From Solirubrobacteraceae bacterium (lineage in GTDB: Bacteria; Actinomycetota; Thermoleophilia; Solirubrobacterales; Solirubrobacteraceae), in contig JBJMLA010000153.1 in assembly GCA_045805505.1 (NCBI GenBank), positions 13,134-77,133 on the forward strand: a stretch of 64,000 nucleotides of DNA. The letters are read 5' to 3'. A program made the position numbers and the translations under genes. The notes under the pieces were generated by a model that was not told the DNA's origin, did not search any database, and saw only the letters and a program-made list of their open reading frames with translations. This document shows, in pieces, positions 1 to 8,174 of this stretch. Every line of letters begins with the position of its first letter. The first letter of the stretch is position 1.

Positions 1-309
1 ATCCGCACGGAGTTCGGCGAGACCGCGGCGGCCGGGACGCCCGCGCCCGACGGCGGCGCGTACGGCGACTTCAACTCGGCCGTGGCCAAGGCGACCACCG
101 ACGCCTACAGCGGGCCGATGGCCAAGCTGGGCGCCGGGCCCGAGGCGGTCGCCAAGGTCGTCGAGCGCGCGATCAACGCACGGCGGCCGCGCACGCGCTA
201 CCGGGTCACGCCGTCGGCGAAGATCCTGCTCAACGTGCGGCGGCTGTCGACCGATCGCGCCTGGGACCGGATGGTCAAGGGGCAGTTCCCGCAGCCCGGC
301 CCGCGGTGA
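1..309 (+). CDS. C-terminal fragment of a short-chain dehydrogenase/reductase-like oxidoreductase (5' end outside the window)
   Basis: Frame 1 is open from base 1 to the TGA at 307-309. The tail PEAVAKVVERAINARRPRTRYRV resembles the C-terminal extension of SDR enzymes. Codons are GC3-rich. Family call is by eye only. Confidence 0.5.
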   Translation: MRTEFGETAAAGTPAPDGGAYGDFNSAVAKATTDAYSGPMAKLGAGPEAVAKVVERAINARRPRTRYRVTPSAKILLNVRRLSTDRAWDRMVKGQFPQPGPR

Positions 310-626
310 CGGAGAAGCGCATCGCCAAGCTGCTGCTGGCGATGCCCGACGTCAGCGTGCGGCTCAGCCACGGCCATCCGGGCTACTTCCGCGGCAAGCG
401 CCAGTTCGCGTTCTACATGGCCCACTTCCACGAGGACCCGCACGTCGCGGTGTGGTGCGCCGCGCCCGAGGGCATGGCCCAGGCGCTGATCGAGGGAGAG
501 CCCGAGCACTACTTCCGCCCGCCCTACGTGGGCCATCGCGGCTGGGTCGGCGTGCGGCTCGACACCGGCCTGGAGTGGGACAACGTCGCGGGCGCCCTCG
601 AGGACGCCTACGACTGCGCGGCCTAG
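306..626 (+). CDS. MmcQ/YjbR-family small DNA-binding-like protein
   Basis: 106-aa ORF whose start overlaps the previous stop (GTGA). The pattern HGHPGYFRGKRQFAF...GWVGVRLD matches my recollection of the YjbR fold family. Confidence 0.6.
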   Translation: MTEKRIAKLLLAMPDVSVRLSHGHPGYFRGKRQFAFYMAHFHEDPHVAVWCAAPEGMAQALIEGEPEHYFRPPYVGHRGWVGVRLDTGLEWDNVAGALEDAYDCAA

Positions 627-1114
627 CGGCCCGCCGAGACCCCGGTGGCGTCGGGCAGCACCAGCGTGCCCTTGCCGTAGTCGACCGTGAACGGGCCCTC
701 GGCCCCCGGCTTCAGTCGCCAGGCCGCGTAGAACGGCACGCTCGCGCCGGCGGGGATGAACGCGACCTTCCCCAGGCGGATCAACTCGGCGGGCGGGACC
801 GGCTTGGGCTGCTGGAGCATCCCGAACAGGCCGTGGGCGTAGTTGGTGGTGAATGCCGCCGAGGCCAGCAGCGGCGTGCCCGAGGCGTCGCGCACCTTGA
901 GGTTCTTGGCGATCAGGTGCAGCGTGGTGTCGCCGTCGTTCTTGACGCGGGCGATGACGACGCGGTCGTCGGGCAGGTTCTTGGCCCGGAACACCTTCGG
1001 CGTGCCCTCCCACGACAGGCCGGAGCCCGGCTTCGTGTCCTCGCCGCCGCCGCCACAGCCCGCGACGGCGAGTCCGGCCGCCGCCGTCAGCGCGGTCAGG
1101 ACCGCGCGGCTCAC
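623..1114 (-). CDS. Lipoprotein of unknown function
   Basis: GTG start at 1114 overlaps the upstream stop (GTGA). N-terminus VSRAVLTALTAAAGLAVAGC carries a lipobox-like VAGC followed by a Gly-rich linker. Only the last 163 codons of track ORF 623..2836 look protein-like. Confidence 0.7.
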   Translation of the reverse strand: MSRAVLTALTAAAGLAVAGCGGGGEDTKPGSGLSWEGTPKVFRAKNLPDDRVVIARVKNDGDTTLHLIAKNLKVRDASGTPLLASAAFTTNYAHGLFGMLQQPKPVPPAELIRLGKVAFIPAGASVPFYAAWRLKPGAEGPFTVDYGKGTLVLPDATGVSAGR

Positions 1115-2832
1115 TTGGGCTTGGCGGGCGTCGTGAACCAGTCGCAGCCCGGCGGGTTGGGCATGTTGTTGGGGTCCCAGGCCGTGCACGGCGCGGCGGC
1201 GGCGAGGACCGCCGGGTTCTGGGGCAGCCAGATCGGCGAGCCGGGGCAGGCGGGCAGCGACGCCGGCTCGCTGGGCGACTGTGTCTTGTTGCCGTCGAAG
1301 CAGTTGCCCTGGCCCGCGGAGTCCCACTCGACCTCGAGGCCGTTGGGCATGCGCTGACCGGACGGGCTGGTGCCGAACGTGTTGCCGATGATCAGGTTCT
1401 GGTTCGACGTGTCCTGCTGGTGGTTGGGGTTGTTGTCGCCGCGCAGCGACGCCTGGATGCTCAGCAGGTAGACGCCGTAGCGCCAGTTGTCGTAGACGTG
1501 GTTGCCCTTGAACAGGTTGCGGTTGCCGCCGCCGATCAGGATGCCCGTGCCGACCGCGGTCTGGAATTGCGGGCAGACGATGTCCTTCTTGCGCTTGGCG
1601 AACGGCGTCGCCGCGCAGTAGGCCTGGCGGTCGGACGCGAACACGTTGTTGTTGTTCGAGTAGATCTCGTTGTTCTCCCACTGGAAGCACTCCTGGGGCA
1701 TGCCCGGGTGCCCGGAGGCGAACGAGTCGGTCGTCAGGCCGGTCGCGTTGTCGAAGAACTTGTTGTCGTGGACGTAGGTCGAGTTGCCCGCGGTGCCCGA
1801 GTAGCCCAGCGTGTTGCCGTAGCTGAGCGAGTTGCGGATCTCGATCGACGGAGCGCCGCAGTTGGCGCGCGGGTCGGCGGTGCCGGCCGGGGCGTCGCAG
1901 AGCCCGTAGGTGTTGGGGTCGATGCCGCCGTTGGTGGCACAGCCCTTCATCGTCGAGCCGGGGTACAGGCCCGAGTCGCCGTTGCCGTAGCCGATGTCGT
2001 GGTCGTAGAGCCCGTGGGTCGCGGTGAACGAGAGGATCCCGTAGTTCTGGGCCCAGCGCGCGATCACGTGCGAGACGCGGAAGCCGTCGACCTCGACGAG
2101 GTCGACGTCGTTGAACGCGCCCTGCTCGACCATGAAGTTGCGCAGGAAGATCCCGTTGGCGCGGTCGATCCGCAGCACGTCGGTCTTGACGCGGTCGCCG
2201 ACGATGCGGACGTCGGCGGGCTTGCGGCCCATGCCCTCGATCTGCAGGTTGCACAGCTGGGTGCAGATCGGGGTCGTCGGCGCGCTTGGGTTCGGCTCGG
2301 GGCGCGTGTCGCCGATCACCGCGATCAGGTTCTTGGAGTTCGGGCACTTGACCGCGTAGTTGCGGTTGGCCCGCTCCGGAAGGTCGTTGGAGCGCGGGCC
2401 GGCGGGCGGCGGCGCCTGCCCGTAGCCCTCCTCGACGGTCACGTAGTCGTCGGCGCACGGGGGCTGGCCGGGCGCGCCGAACGGCACCTTGCGGCTCGGC
2501 GTCTCCTTGTAGACGCCGGGCATGACCATGATCCGGTAGCCGCTCTTGGCCTTGTCGATCGCCGCCTGGATGTCGTGGAACCGACAGCCCTTCAGCAGCC
2601 TCAGCCGCTTCTTGAGCACCCCGCGCTGCTTCTTTGCGCCATACGTCTTGCGCAGCAGCTTCCCGGAGTTCGCCTTGCAGACGACGTTCTTGGGCCCGGT
2701 GGTCCGGTAGTCCGGCACCTTGCCCTTGACCGGGAAGGCGAACGCGGTGAGGCGCTCGGGGTGGGCGGACGCCATGGCGGGGAGGGCCAGGGCGAGGAGA
2801 AGGGCGGCGACCGTGCCGCGCAGGAGGCGCAT
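1111..2832 (-). CDS. Secreted right-handed parallel beta-helix repeat protein, Cys-rich
   Basis: Signal peptide MRLLRGTVAALLLALALPAMASA. Repeated Asn/Gly-rich turns (NNEIYSNNNNVF, GNHVYDNWRYGVYL, NLIIGNTF) are typical of PbH1/NosD-like beta-helices. ATG at 2832 is preferred over the TTG at 2841. Confidence 0.75.
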   Translation of the reverse strand: MRLLRGTVAALLLALALPAMASAHPERLTAFAFPVKGKVPDYRTTGPKNVVCKANSGKLLRKTYGAKKQRGVLKKRLRLLKGCRFHDIQAAIDKAKSGYRIMVMPGVYKETPSRKVPFGAPGQPPCADDYVTVEEGYGQAPPPAGPRSNDLPERANRNYAVKCPNSKNLIAVIGDTRPEPNPSAPTTPICTQLCNLQIEGMGRKPADVRIVGDRVKTDVLRIDRANGIFLRNFMVEQGAFNDVDLVEVDGFRVSHVIARWAQNYGILSFTATHGLYDHDIGYGNGDSGLYPGSTMKGCATNGGIDPNTYGLCDAPAGTADPRANCGAPSIEIRNSLSYGNTLGYSGTAGNSTYVHDNKFFDNATGLTTDSFASGHPGMPQECFQWENNEIYSNNNNVFASDRQAYCAATPFAKRKKDIVCPQFQTAVGTGILIGGGNRNLFKGNHVYDNWRYGVYLLSIQASLRGDNNPNHQQDTSNQNLIIGNTFGTSPSGQRMPNGLEVEWDSAGQGNCFDGNKTQSPSEPASLPACPGSPIWLPQNPAVLAAAAPCTAWDPNNMPNPPGCDWFTTPAKPK

Positions 2833-2842
2833 CCACGGCAAT

Positions 2843-3433
2843 CTAGAGCAGCGCGCCCTCGATCCGAAGCAACGTCTCCTTGCGCTCGACGCCGCCGGTG
2901 TAGCCGCCCAGCCCGCCGCCGGTGCGCAGCACGCGGTGACAGGGGACGACGATCGGGATCGGGTTGTTGCCCAGGGCGGTGCCCGCGGCGCGCACGGCGG
3001 CCGCCGATCCGGCCTTGGTCGCCATCGCGCGGTAGCTGGACACCTCGCCGAACGGGATCGTCGCGCAGGCCTCCAGGATGCGGCGGCCGAACGGCGTCTT
3101 GACGTAGGAGAAGTCGAGCGGCAGGTCGAACGCGGTGCGCCGGCCCGCGAAGTACTCGTCGAGCTCGCGGCGGACGTCGTCGAGCCGGGCGGGGCCCTCG
3201 AGGATGCGCGGGGACAGCCGGACGGCGAGCTGCTCGAGCACGCGGTCGAGGCCGCCGTTGAACTCCTCGTAGGCCAGCCGCGCGAGCCCGCGCTCGGTGC
3301 GCGCGGCGACGACCTTGCCGATCGGCGTGTCGACGACGGCGTAGTGGACGTCGGCGGGCGCGGTCGCGGCGAAGCGGGCGGCCGCGCCGGCGGCGCCGGC
3401 TGCGGAGGGGGCGGTGATGGTGGTGGGGCTCAT
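2843..3433 (-). CDS. ogt: Methylated-DNA--protein-cysteine methyltransferase (Ogt/MGMT), copy 1
   Basis: Active-site motif IVVPCHRVL and the C-terminal GGYTGGVERKETLLRIEG. Its ATG overlaps the sigma-factor stop (ATGA at 3430-3433). Confidence 0.9.
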   Translation of the reverse strand: MSPTTITAPSAAGAAGAAARFAATAPADVHYAVVDTPIGKVVAARTERGLARLAYEEFNGGLDRVLEQLAVRLSPRILEGPARLDDVRRELDEYFAGRRTAFDLPLDFSYVKTPFGRRILEACATIPFGEVSSYRAMATKAGSAAAVRAAGTALGNNPIPIVVPCHRVLRTGGGLGGYTGGVERKETLLRIEGALL

Positions 3434-3888
3434 GCGGTGACCTCGGTTCGGAGCTTCTTCATGCCTTCGTGGACGTTCTTGCGCGCGGCGTCGGCCGACG
3501 TGCCGGTCGCCTTGGCGATCGCCTCGTAGTCGAGGTCGGCCGCGAAGCGCAGCGTGATCGCCGCTCGCTGCTTGGGCGGGAGCTCCCGGACCTGCTGCCA
3601 GACCTCGTCGCCGGGGTCGCGCGCGTCGTGGTGGGCCTGCTCGGGCACCTCGCCCGGGAGGGTCGGGCGCCGTTTGACGGCCCGGTGATGGTCGAGCGCC
3701 TTGCGGTGCGCGATGGTCATCACCCACGCCTGCAGGTTCGACCCGGTGCGCAGCCGCGGGTAGGCCTTCATCGCCGAGAGGAACGTCTCCTGGAAGACGT
3801 CGTCGGCGTCCTGCCGGCCGACCGACGCGACAGCGAAGCGCCACACGCAGTCGCGCTGCTCGTCGAGGAACCGCTGGAACGGGATCAC
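3430..3888 (-). CDS. ECF-type RNA polymerase sigma-70 family factor
   Basis: 152 aa. Region 2-like DADDVFQETFLSAMKAY...AWVMTIAHRKALDHHR and region 4-like LPPKQRAAITLRFAADLDYEAIAKATGTSADAARKNVHEGMKKLR. Confidence 0.85.
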   Translation of the reverse strand: MIPFQRFLDEQRDCVWRFAVASVGRQDADDVFQETFLSAMKAYPRLRTGSNLQAWVMTIAHRKALDHHRAVKRRPTLPGEVPEQAHHDARDPGDEVWQQVRELPPKQRAAITLRFAADLDYEAIAKATGTSADAARKNVHEGMKKLRTEVTA

Positions 3889-4301
3889 GCGGGTGAAACG
3901 AGCGGGGGCTCCGGTTCGTGAGGTCGCTCGTGCAGGACCGCCTCGACGTTGTTGCCGTCGGGGTCGAGCAGGAAGGCCGCGTAGTAGCCCTCGTGGTACT
4001 TCGGCCGCGGTCCCGGCTCGCCGTTGTCGCGCCCGCCGGCGGCCAGGCCGGCGGCATGGAAGGCGGCGACCTGCTCGCGCGTCTCGGCGAGGAACGCCAG
4101 ATGCATGCCGTCGGGCGGCGGAGCGCCCGGGGCGATCGAGAAGTCCTCGGCGCCCGGCGGTCCCCAGGTCGGCAGGCCCTCGACGCGCTCCTCGTTGAAC
4201 TCCAGCGCGGCGAGGACCGCCGAGTAGAAGGCCTGGCTGGCCTCGAGGTCGGCGACCGGGAGGGTGAGGTGGTCGACGCAGACGCGGCGGATCGTGCTCA
4301 T
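3885..4301 (-). CDS. VOC/glyoxalase-family protein
   Basis: 138 aa. VDHLTLPVADLEASQAFY...YAAFLLDPDGNNVEAV is the typical glyoxalase/bleomycin-resistance fold signature. There are 4-nt overlaps at both ends. Confidence 0.8.
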   Translation of the reverse strand: MSTIRRVCVDHLTLPVADLEASQAFYSAVLAALEFNEERVEGLPTWGPPGAEDFSIAPGAPPPDGMHLAFLAETREQVAAFHAAGLAAGGRDNGEPGPRPKYHEGYYAAFLLDPDGNNVEAVLHERPHEPEPPLVSPA

Positions 4302-5614
4302 CGCAGCGCCGGCGCGATGCGGTAGGCGTCGCCGTGGACCTCGCGCAGCTCGGTGAGGACCTGGCGGACGTTGTCGAGCCCGAGGATCTCGCCCCAGGCC
4401 AGCGGCCCGCGGGGGTGGTTGAGCCCGAGCACGAGCCCGTCGTCGATGTCCTGTGCGCTCGCGACGCCCTCGCCGAGCGAGAAGTGCGCTTCGTTGACGA
4501 GCTGGCAGATCGCGCGCGGCAGGACGCCGCCCGGCGACGGGGCGACGCGCGCGGTGTGCAGGCCCATCGCTGCGAAGGCCTGCTCGCCGTGCTCGCCGGT
4601 GACCTCGATCAGGTTGAGCGGCAGCACCGCGTAGAACGTCTCGCCCTCGATCAGCCCGCCGAGGCCGTCGACCCAGATCGTCGGGCCGTCCGGCGTCGTC
4701 GCGAGCGCCTTGAGCGTGTCGGCCAGCGGGCCCATGCCCTCGACGGTGGCGCCGCCCGTGACCGGTGGCGCCTCGGGGTCCTGGGGGCGGTGCTTGGCGC
4801 CGTCGTCGGGGTAGGCGTACCAGCCTCGGCCCGACTTGCGCCCGAGCCAGCCGGCCGAGACCATCCGCGCGCTCAGCGTCGAGGGGCGCCAGCGGGGCTC
4901 GCCGAAGCCGAGCTCGTGAAACGACAGGCTGACCTCGTAGCCGACGTCGATGCCCACGAGGTCCTGCAGCTCGAACGGACCCATGCGGAAGCCGCCGCCC
5001 AGCCGGTAGATGCGATCGATCGTCTCGACGTCGGCGACGCGCTCGGACAGGCAGCGCAGCGCCTCGAGGCCGAACGGCCGGTTGGTGCGGTTGACGACGA
5101 AGCCGGCGACGTCGGCGCAGCGGATCGGGCGCTTGCCCATCGCCTCGGCGAGATCGGTCACCCGCTGCACGGCGTCCTCGCTCGACTGCATCGCCGGGAT
5201 GACCTCGCAGAGCTTCATGACCGGCGGCGGGTTGAAGAAGTGCATGCCGACGACCTTCGACGGGTCGGGTGCGGCGCCGGCGATCGCGGTGATCGGGATC
5301 GAGGAGGTGTTCGAGCACAGCACCGCGTCGGGCGCGATCTCGCCGAGCCGGCCGAACAGCTGCTGCTTGAGCTCGAGACGCTCGGGGATCGCCTCGACGA
5401 TCACGTCGCAGCCCGCGAGGTCGGTCAGCTCCGGCGCGGTGAGCGGCGCGGTGAACGACGCGCCCTTCTTCTCCCAGCGCGCGACGATCCTCGCCACCGC
5501 CGCGTCGACGTCGGCGACCGGGTCGTGGACGAGCGTCTCCCATCCGGCCTGCGCGCCGAGCTGGGCGATCCCCGCGCCCATCGTCCCAGCGCCGACGACG
5601 CCGAGCCTAGGCAA
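4298..5614 (-). CDS. 3-hydroxyacyl-CoA (3-hydroxybutyryl-CoA) dehydrogenase with an extended or duplicated C-terminal domain
   Basis: Rossmann motif VVGAGTMGAGIAQ, then SNTSS and GFVVNR motifs, and a second C-terminal HADH-like segment (GVASAQDIDDGLVLGLNHPRGPL). TTG start; 8-nt overlap with the upstream ACAD. Confidence 0.9.
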   Translation of the reverse strand: MPRLGVVGAGTMGAGIAQLGAQAGWETLVHDPVADVDAAVARIVARWEKKGASFTAPLTAPELTDLAGCDVIVEAIPERLELKQQLFGRLGEIAPDAVLCSNTSSIPITAIAGAAPDPSKVVGMHFFNPPPVMKLCEVIPAMQSSEDAVQRVTDLAEAMGKRPIRCADVAGFVVNRTNRPFGLEALRCLSERVADVETIDRIYRLGGGFRMGPFELQDLVGIDVGYEVSLSFHELGFGEPRWRPSTLSARMVSAGWLGRKSGRGWYAYPDDGAKHRPQDPEAPPVTGGATVEGMGPLADTLKALATTPDGPTIWVDGLGGLIEGETFYAVLPLNLIEVTGEHGEQAFAAMGLHTARVAPSPGGVLPRAICQLVNEAHFSLGEGVASAQDIDDGLVLGLNHPRGPLAWGEILGLDNVRQVLTELREVHGDAYRIAPALR

Positions 5615-6761
5615 TGGCGTTGATGCCGGTCAGGGCCTTGCCGATGATCAGGCGCTGGATCTGGGACGTGCCCTCGTAGAGCGTGGTGACGCGGACGTCG
5701 CGGAACGCGCGCTCGACCGGATGGTCGTCGACGTAGCCGGCGCCACCGTGGACCTGGATGGCCTCGTTGGCGCACCACTGCGCCGCCTCGGTCGCGAAGA
5801 ACTTGGCGATCGAGGTCTCGGTCGTGTTCGGCTTGCCCTGGTCCTTGAGCCAGCCGGCGCGCCACGTCAGCAGCCGTGCGGCGTCGGTCTTGACCTTCAT
5901 CTCGGCGAGCATGCCCTGCACGAGCTGGAAGGAGGCGATCGGCCGGTCGAACTGCTTGCGCTCGGTGGCGTAGCGGACCGACTCGTCCAGCACGTACTGG
6001 CAGATGCCGACGCAGCCCGAGGCGACGCTGTAGCGGCCGGAGTCCAGCGCGCTCATGGCCACCTTGAAGCCGGCGCCGACCTCGCCGAGCACCTGGTCGT
6101 CGGAGGCGAACACGTCGTCGAGCGAGATCGCCGCGGTGTCCGAGCCGTGCAGGCCCATCTTGCCGTGGATCTCCGTGGCCTGGTAGCCGGGCTGGTCGGT
6201 GTCGACCAGGAAACAGGCCAGGCCGCGGTGCTTCTTCTCGGGGTCGGTCTGGGCGAAGACGAGCGCGACCTTCGCGTGGTTGCCCATCGAGATCCACATC
6301 TTCGCGCCGTTGATCTTCCAGCCGCCGTCGACCTTGGTCGCGCGCGTCCGCTGGTTGGCCGCGTCGGATCCCGTGTCGGGCTCGGTCAGGCCGAAGCAGC
6401 CCAGCCACTCGCCCGAGCACAACTTGGGCAGGTACTCCTGCTTCTGCCCCTCGGTGCCGTACTTGAGGATCGCGCTGCAGACCAGCGAGGTCTGCACGGA
6501 GATGACGGTGCGCATCGCGGAGTCGACCGCGCCGATCTGCTCGACGACGATGCCGTAGGTCACGTAGTCGAGGCCGGCGCCGCCGTACTCGCGGGGGATG
6601 ATCGCCCCGAGGTAGCCCTGCTCGGCGATCATCCGCGCGAGCTCGACGTCGAAGTGGTGCTTGCGCGCGTTCTCGTCGGCGCGGGGGCGCACGACCTGGT
6701 GCGCGAAGTCGCGCGCGGTCTCCTGGATCAGCTGCTGTTCGTCGGTGAGGGAGAAGTCCAT
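5607..6761 (-). CDS. Acyl-CoA dehydrogenase
   Basis: 384 aa with canonical ACAD motifs (GCFGLTEPDTGSDA, KMWISMG, YEGTSQIQRLIIGK). Confidence 0.9.
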   Translation of the reverse strand: MDFSLTDEQQLIQETARDFAHQVVRPRADENARKHHFDVELARMIAEQGYLGAIIPREYGGAGLDYVTYGIVVEQIGAVDSAMRTVISVQTSLVCSAILKYGTEGQKQEYLPKLCSGEWLGCFGLTEPDTGSDAANQRTRATKVDGGWKINGAKMWISMGNHAKVALVFAQTDPEKKHRGLACFLVDTDQPGYQATEIHGKMGLHGSDTAAISLDDVFASDDQVLGEVGAGFKVAMSALDSGRYSVASGCVGICQYVLDESVRYATERKQFDRPIASFQLVQGMLAEMKVKTDAARLLTWRAGWLKDQGKPNTTETSIAKFFATEAAQWCANEAIQVHGGAGYVDDHPVERAFRDVRVTTLYEGTSQIQRLIIGKALTGINAIA

Positions 6762-7273
6762 GGGGGTGGGGACGCTTTCAGATCGGCCAGGCCGGCGCGT
6801 TCACCGGCGAAGGCGGGGGCGGGGAAGTCGTCGAGGGCGAACCAGCCCGCCTCGCTCTTCTCATCGGAAAGCAACATATCTGCGGTCCGTTGCACCCGGG
6901 CCAGGAAGCCGATGTCGACCGTGTGGCGGCCGGTCTCGCCGTAGACCGAGGAGTAGGCGCCCAGGACGCCGAGCAGCTCGGCGTGCAGGCCGGTCTCCTC
7001 GGCGATCTCCCGGACGATCGCGGCGGCCGGCGCCTCGCCGCCGTCGATGAAGCCACCCGGCAGGTCCCACTGCCCGAGGCAGGGCTCGTGGGCGCGGCGC
7101 AGCGCGAGGAACCGCCCGGCCGGATCGGCCACGAACGCGAACGTCGTGACGGCCGGGTTGTCGTAGTGGACGTAGTGGCCCTGAGGACAGGCGGGCCGGC
7201 CGGCGTCGCGATGGCCGTCGGGCAGCGGGGTCAGCGCGGCGCCGCAGAGAGGGCAGAAGCGGAACGCGGCCAC
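6728..7273 (-). CDS. NUDIX hydrolase with an N-terminal zinc-ribbon
   Basis: Nudix box GGFIDGGEAPAAAIVREIAEETGL. N-terminal CPLCGAAL...ACPQGH. GTG start. The 3' end overlaps the ACAD start by 34 nt. Confidence 0.85.
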   Translation of the reverse strand: MAAFRFCPLCGAALTPLPDGHRDAGRPACPQGHYVHYDNPAVTTFAFVADPAGRFLALRRAHEPCLGQWDLPGGFIDGGEAPAAAIVREIAEETGLHAELLGVLGAYSSVYGETGRHTVDIGFLARVQRTADMLLSDEKSEAGWFALDDFPAPAFAGERAGLADLKASPPPWTSPSPTNSS

Positions 7274-7299
7274 GGGCGGGAACGTACACTCGCGCGGCC

Positions 7300-7710
7300 T
7301 TGTTGCTGCTGGCCGCCGACACCTTCGCGCTGATCATGACGGGCCTGGTCGGCGGGCTGCTGGTCTTCCTCATCCTGCTCGGCGTCTTCGTGCCGGGCAA
7401 CGGCTCCAAGCAGCTCGACTGGAAGCCGACGCGCTCGATCGAGGACGAGGTGCAGAACGAGATCGACGACCTCGACCAGATGCTCGAGGCGGCCAACGCC
7501 CGGCGCCGGCGCCGCGGCGAGGCCGAGCTGACCGAGGACACGCTGCACGCGCAGGTGCGCGAGCACCAGCGCGACAACTTCAAGCGCCGCGACGACTACA
7601 TGGCCGATCTCGAGGTCGCGCAGATGCTCGACCGCATCAACGAGAAGCGCCGCTCGAAGGGCCAGCCCGAGCAGACGATCGATCAGCTGCGAACCGAGCT
7701 CGGCCTGTGA
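7300..7710 (+). CDS. Small membrane-anchored protein with a highly charged coiled-coil tail (unknown function)
   Basis: One N-terminal TM segment (LVGGLLVFLILLGVFV) followed by a charged helical region. GC3-rich. Start is ambiguous (TTG 7300 or ATG 7336). Confidence 0.55.
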   Translation: MLLLAADTFALIMTGLVGGLLVFLILLGVFVPGNGSKQLDWKPTRSIEDEVQNEIDDLDQMLEAANARRRRRGEAELTEDTLHAQVREHQRDNFKRRDDYMADLEVAQMLDRINEKRRSKGQPEQTIDQLRTELGL

Positions 7711-8174
7711 GGGTCCTGCTCGTCGGCGGTGGCTGTCGCGGGCTGACGCTGACGCGCGCCCTGGCCGCCGAGGGTCACGCCGTGCGCGTGGTCACGCGGA
7801 CCGAGGAGGGGCGCGCGGCGATCGACGAGGCCGGCGGCGAGTGCTGGATCGGCGACCCCGACGTGATCGGCACGCTGCGCTACGCGTTGGCCAACGTGAC
7901 GGTGCTGCTGTGGGCCCTCGGGACGGTCGACGAGGAGCCGCTGCACGGCTCGCGCCTGGAGATGATGCTCGAACGGACCGTCGACACCATGGTCCGCGGG
8001 GTCATCTACGAGCGCGGCCCCGGCGTCCCGATCGTCGAGCGGATGTGCCAGCGCAACGAGGTGCCCTACGCGTTCCTCGACGCGGATGCGGCGGACGGCG
8101 AGGCGTGGGCCGCCGAGGCACAGCGGCTGATCGAGTCGCTCCTGACGGCGCAGCGGCCGTCGGTCTTCTACTGA
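7707..8174 (+). CDS. Short NAD(P)-binding Rossmann-domain protein
   Basis: N-terminus MRVLLVGGGCRGLTLTRALAAEGHAVRVVTR is a Gly-rich dinucleotide-binding loop. Start is coupled to the previous stop. Confidence 0.7.
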   Translation: MRVLLVGGGCRGLTLTRALAAEGHAVRVVTRTEEGRAAIDEAGGECWIGDPDVIGTLRYALANVTVLLWALGTVDEEPLHGSRLEMMLERTVDTMVRGVIYERGPGVPIVERMCQRNEVPYAFLDADAADGEAWAAEAQRLIESLLTAQRPSVFY

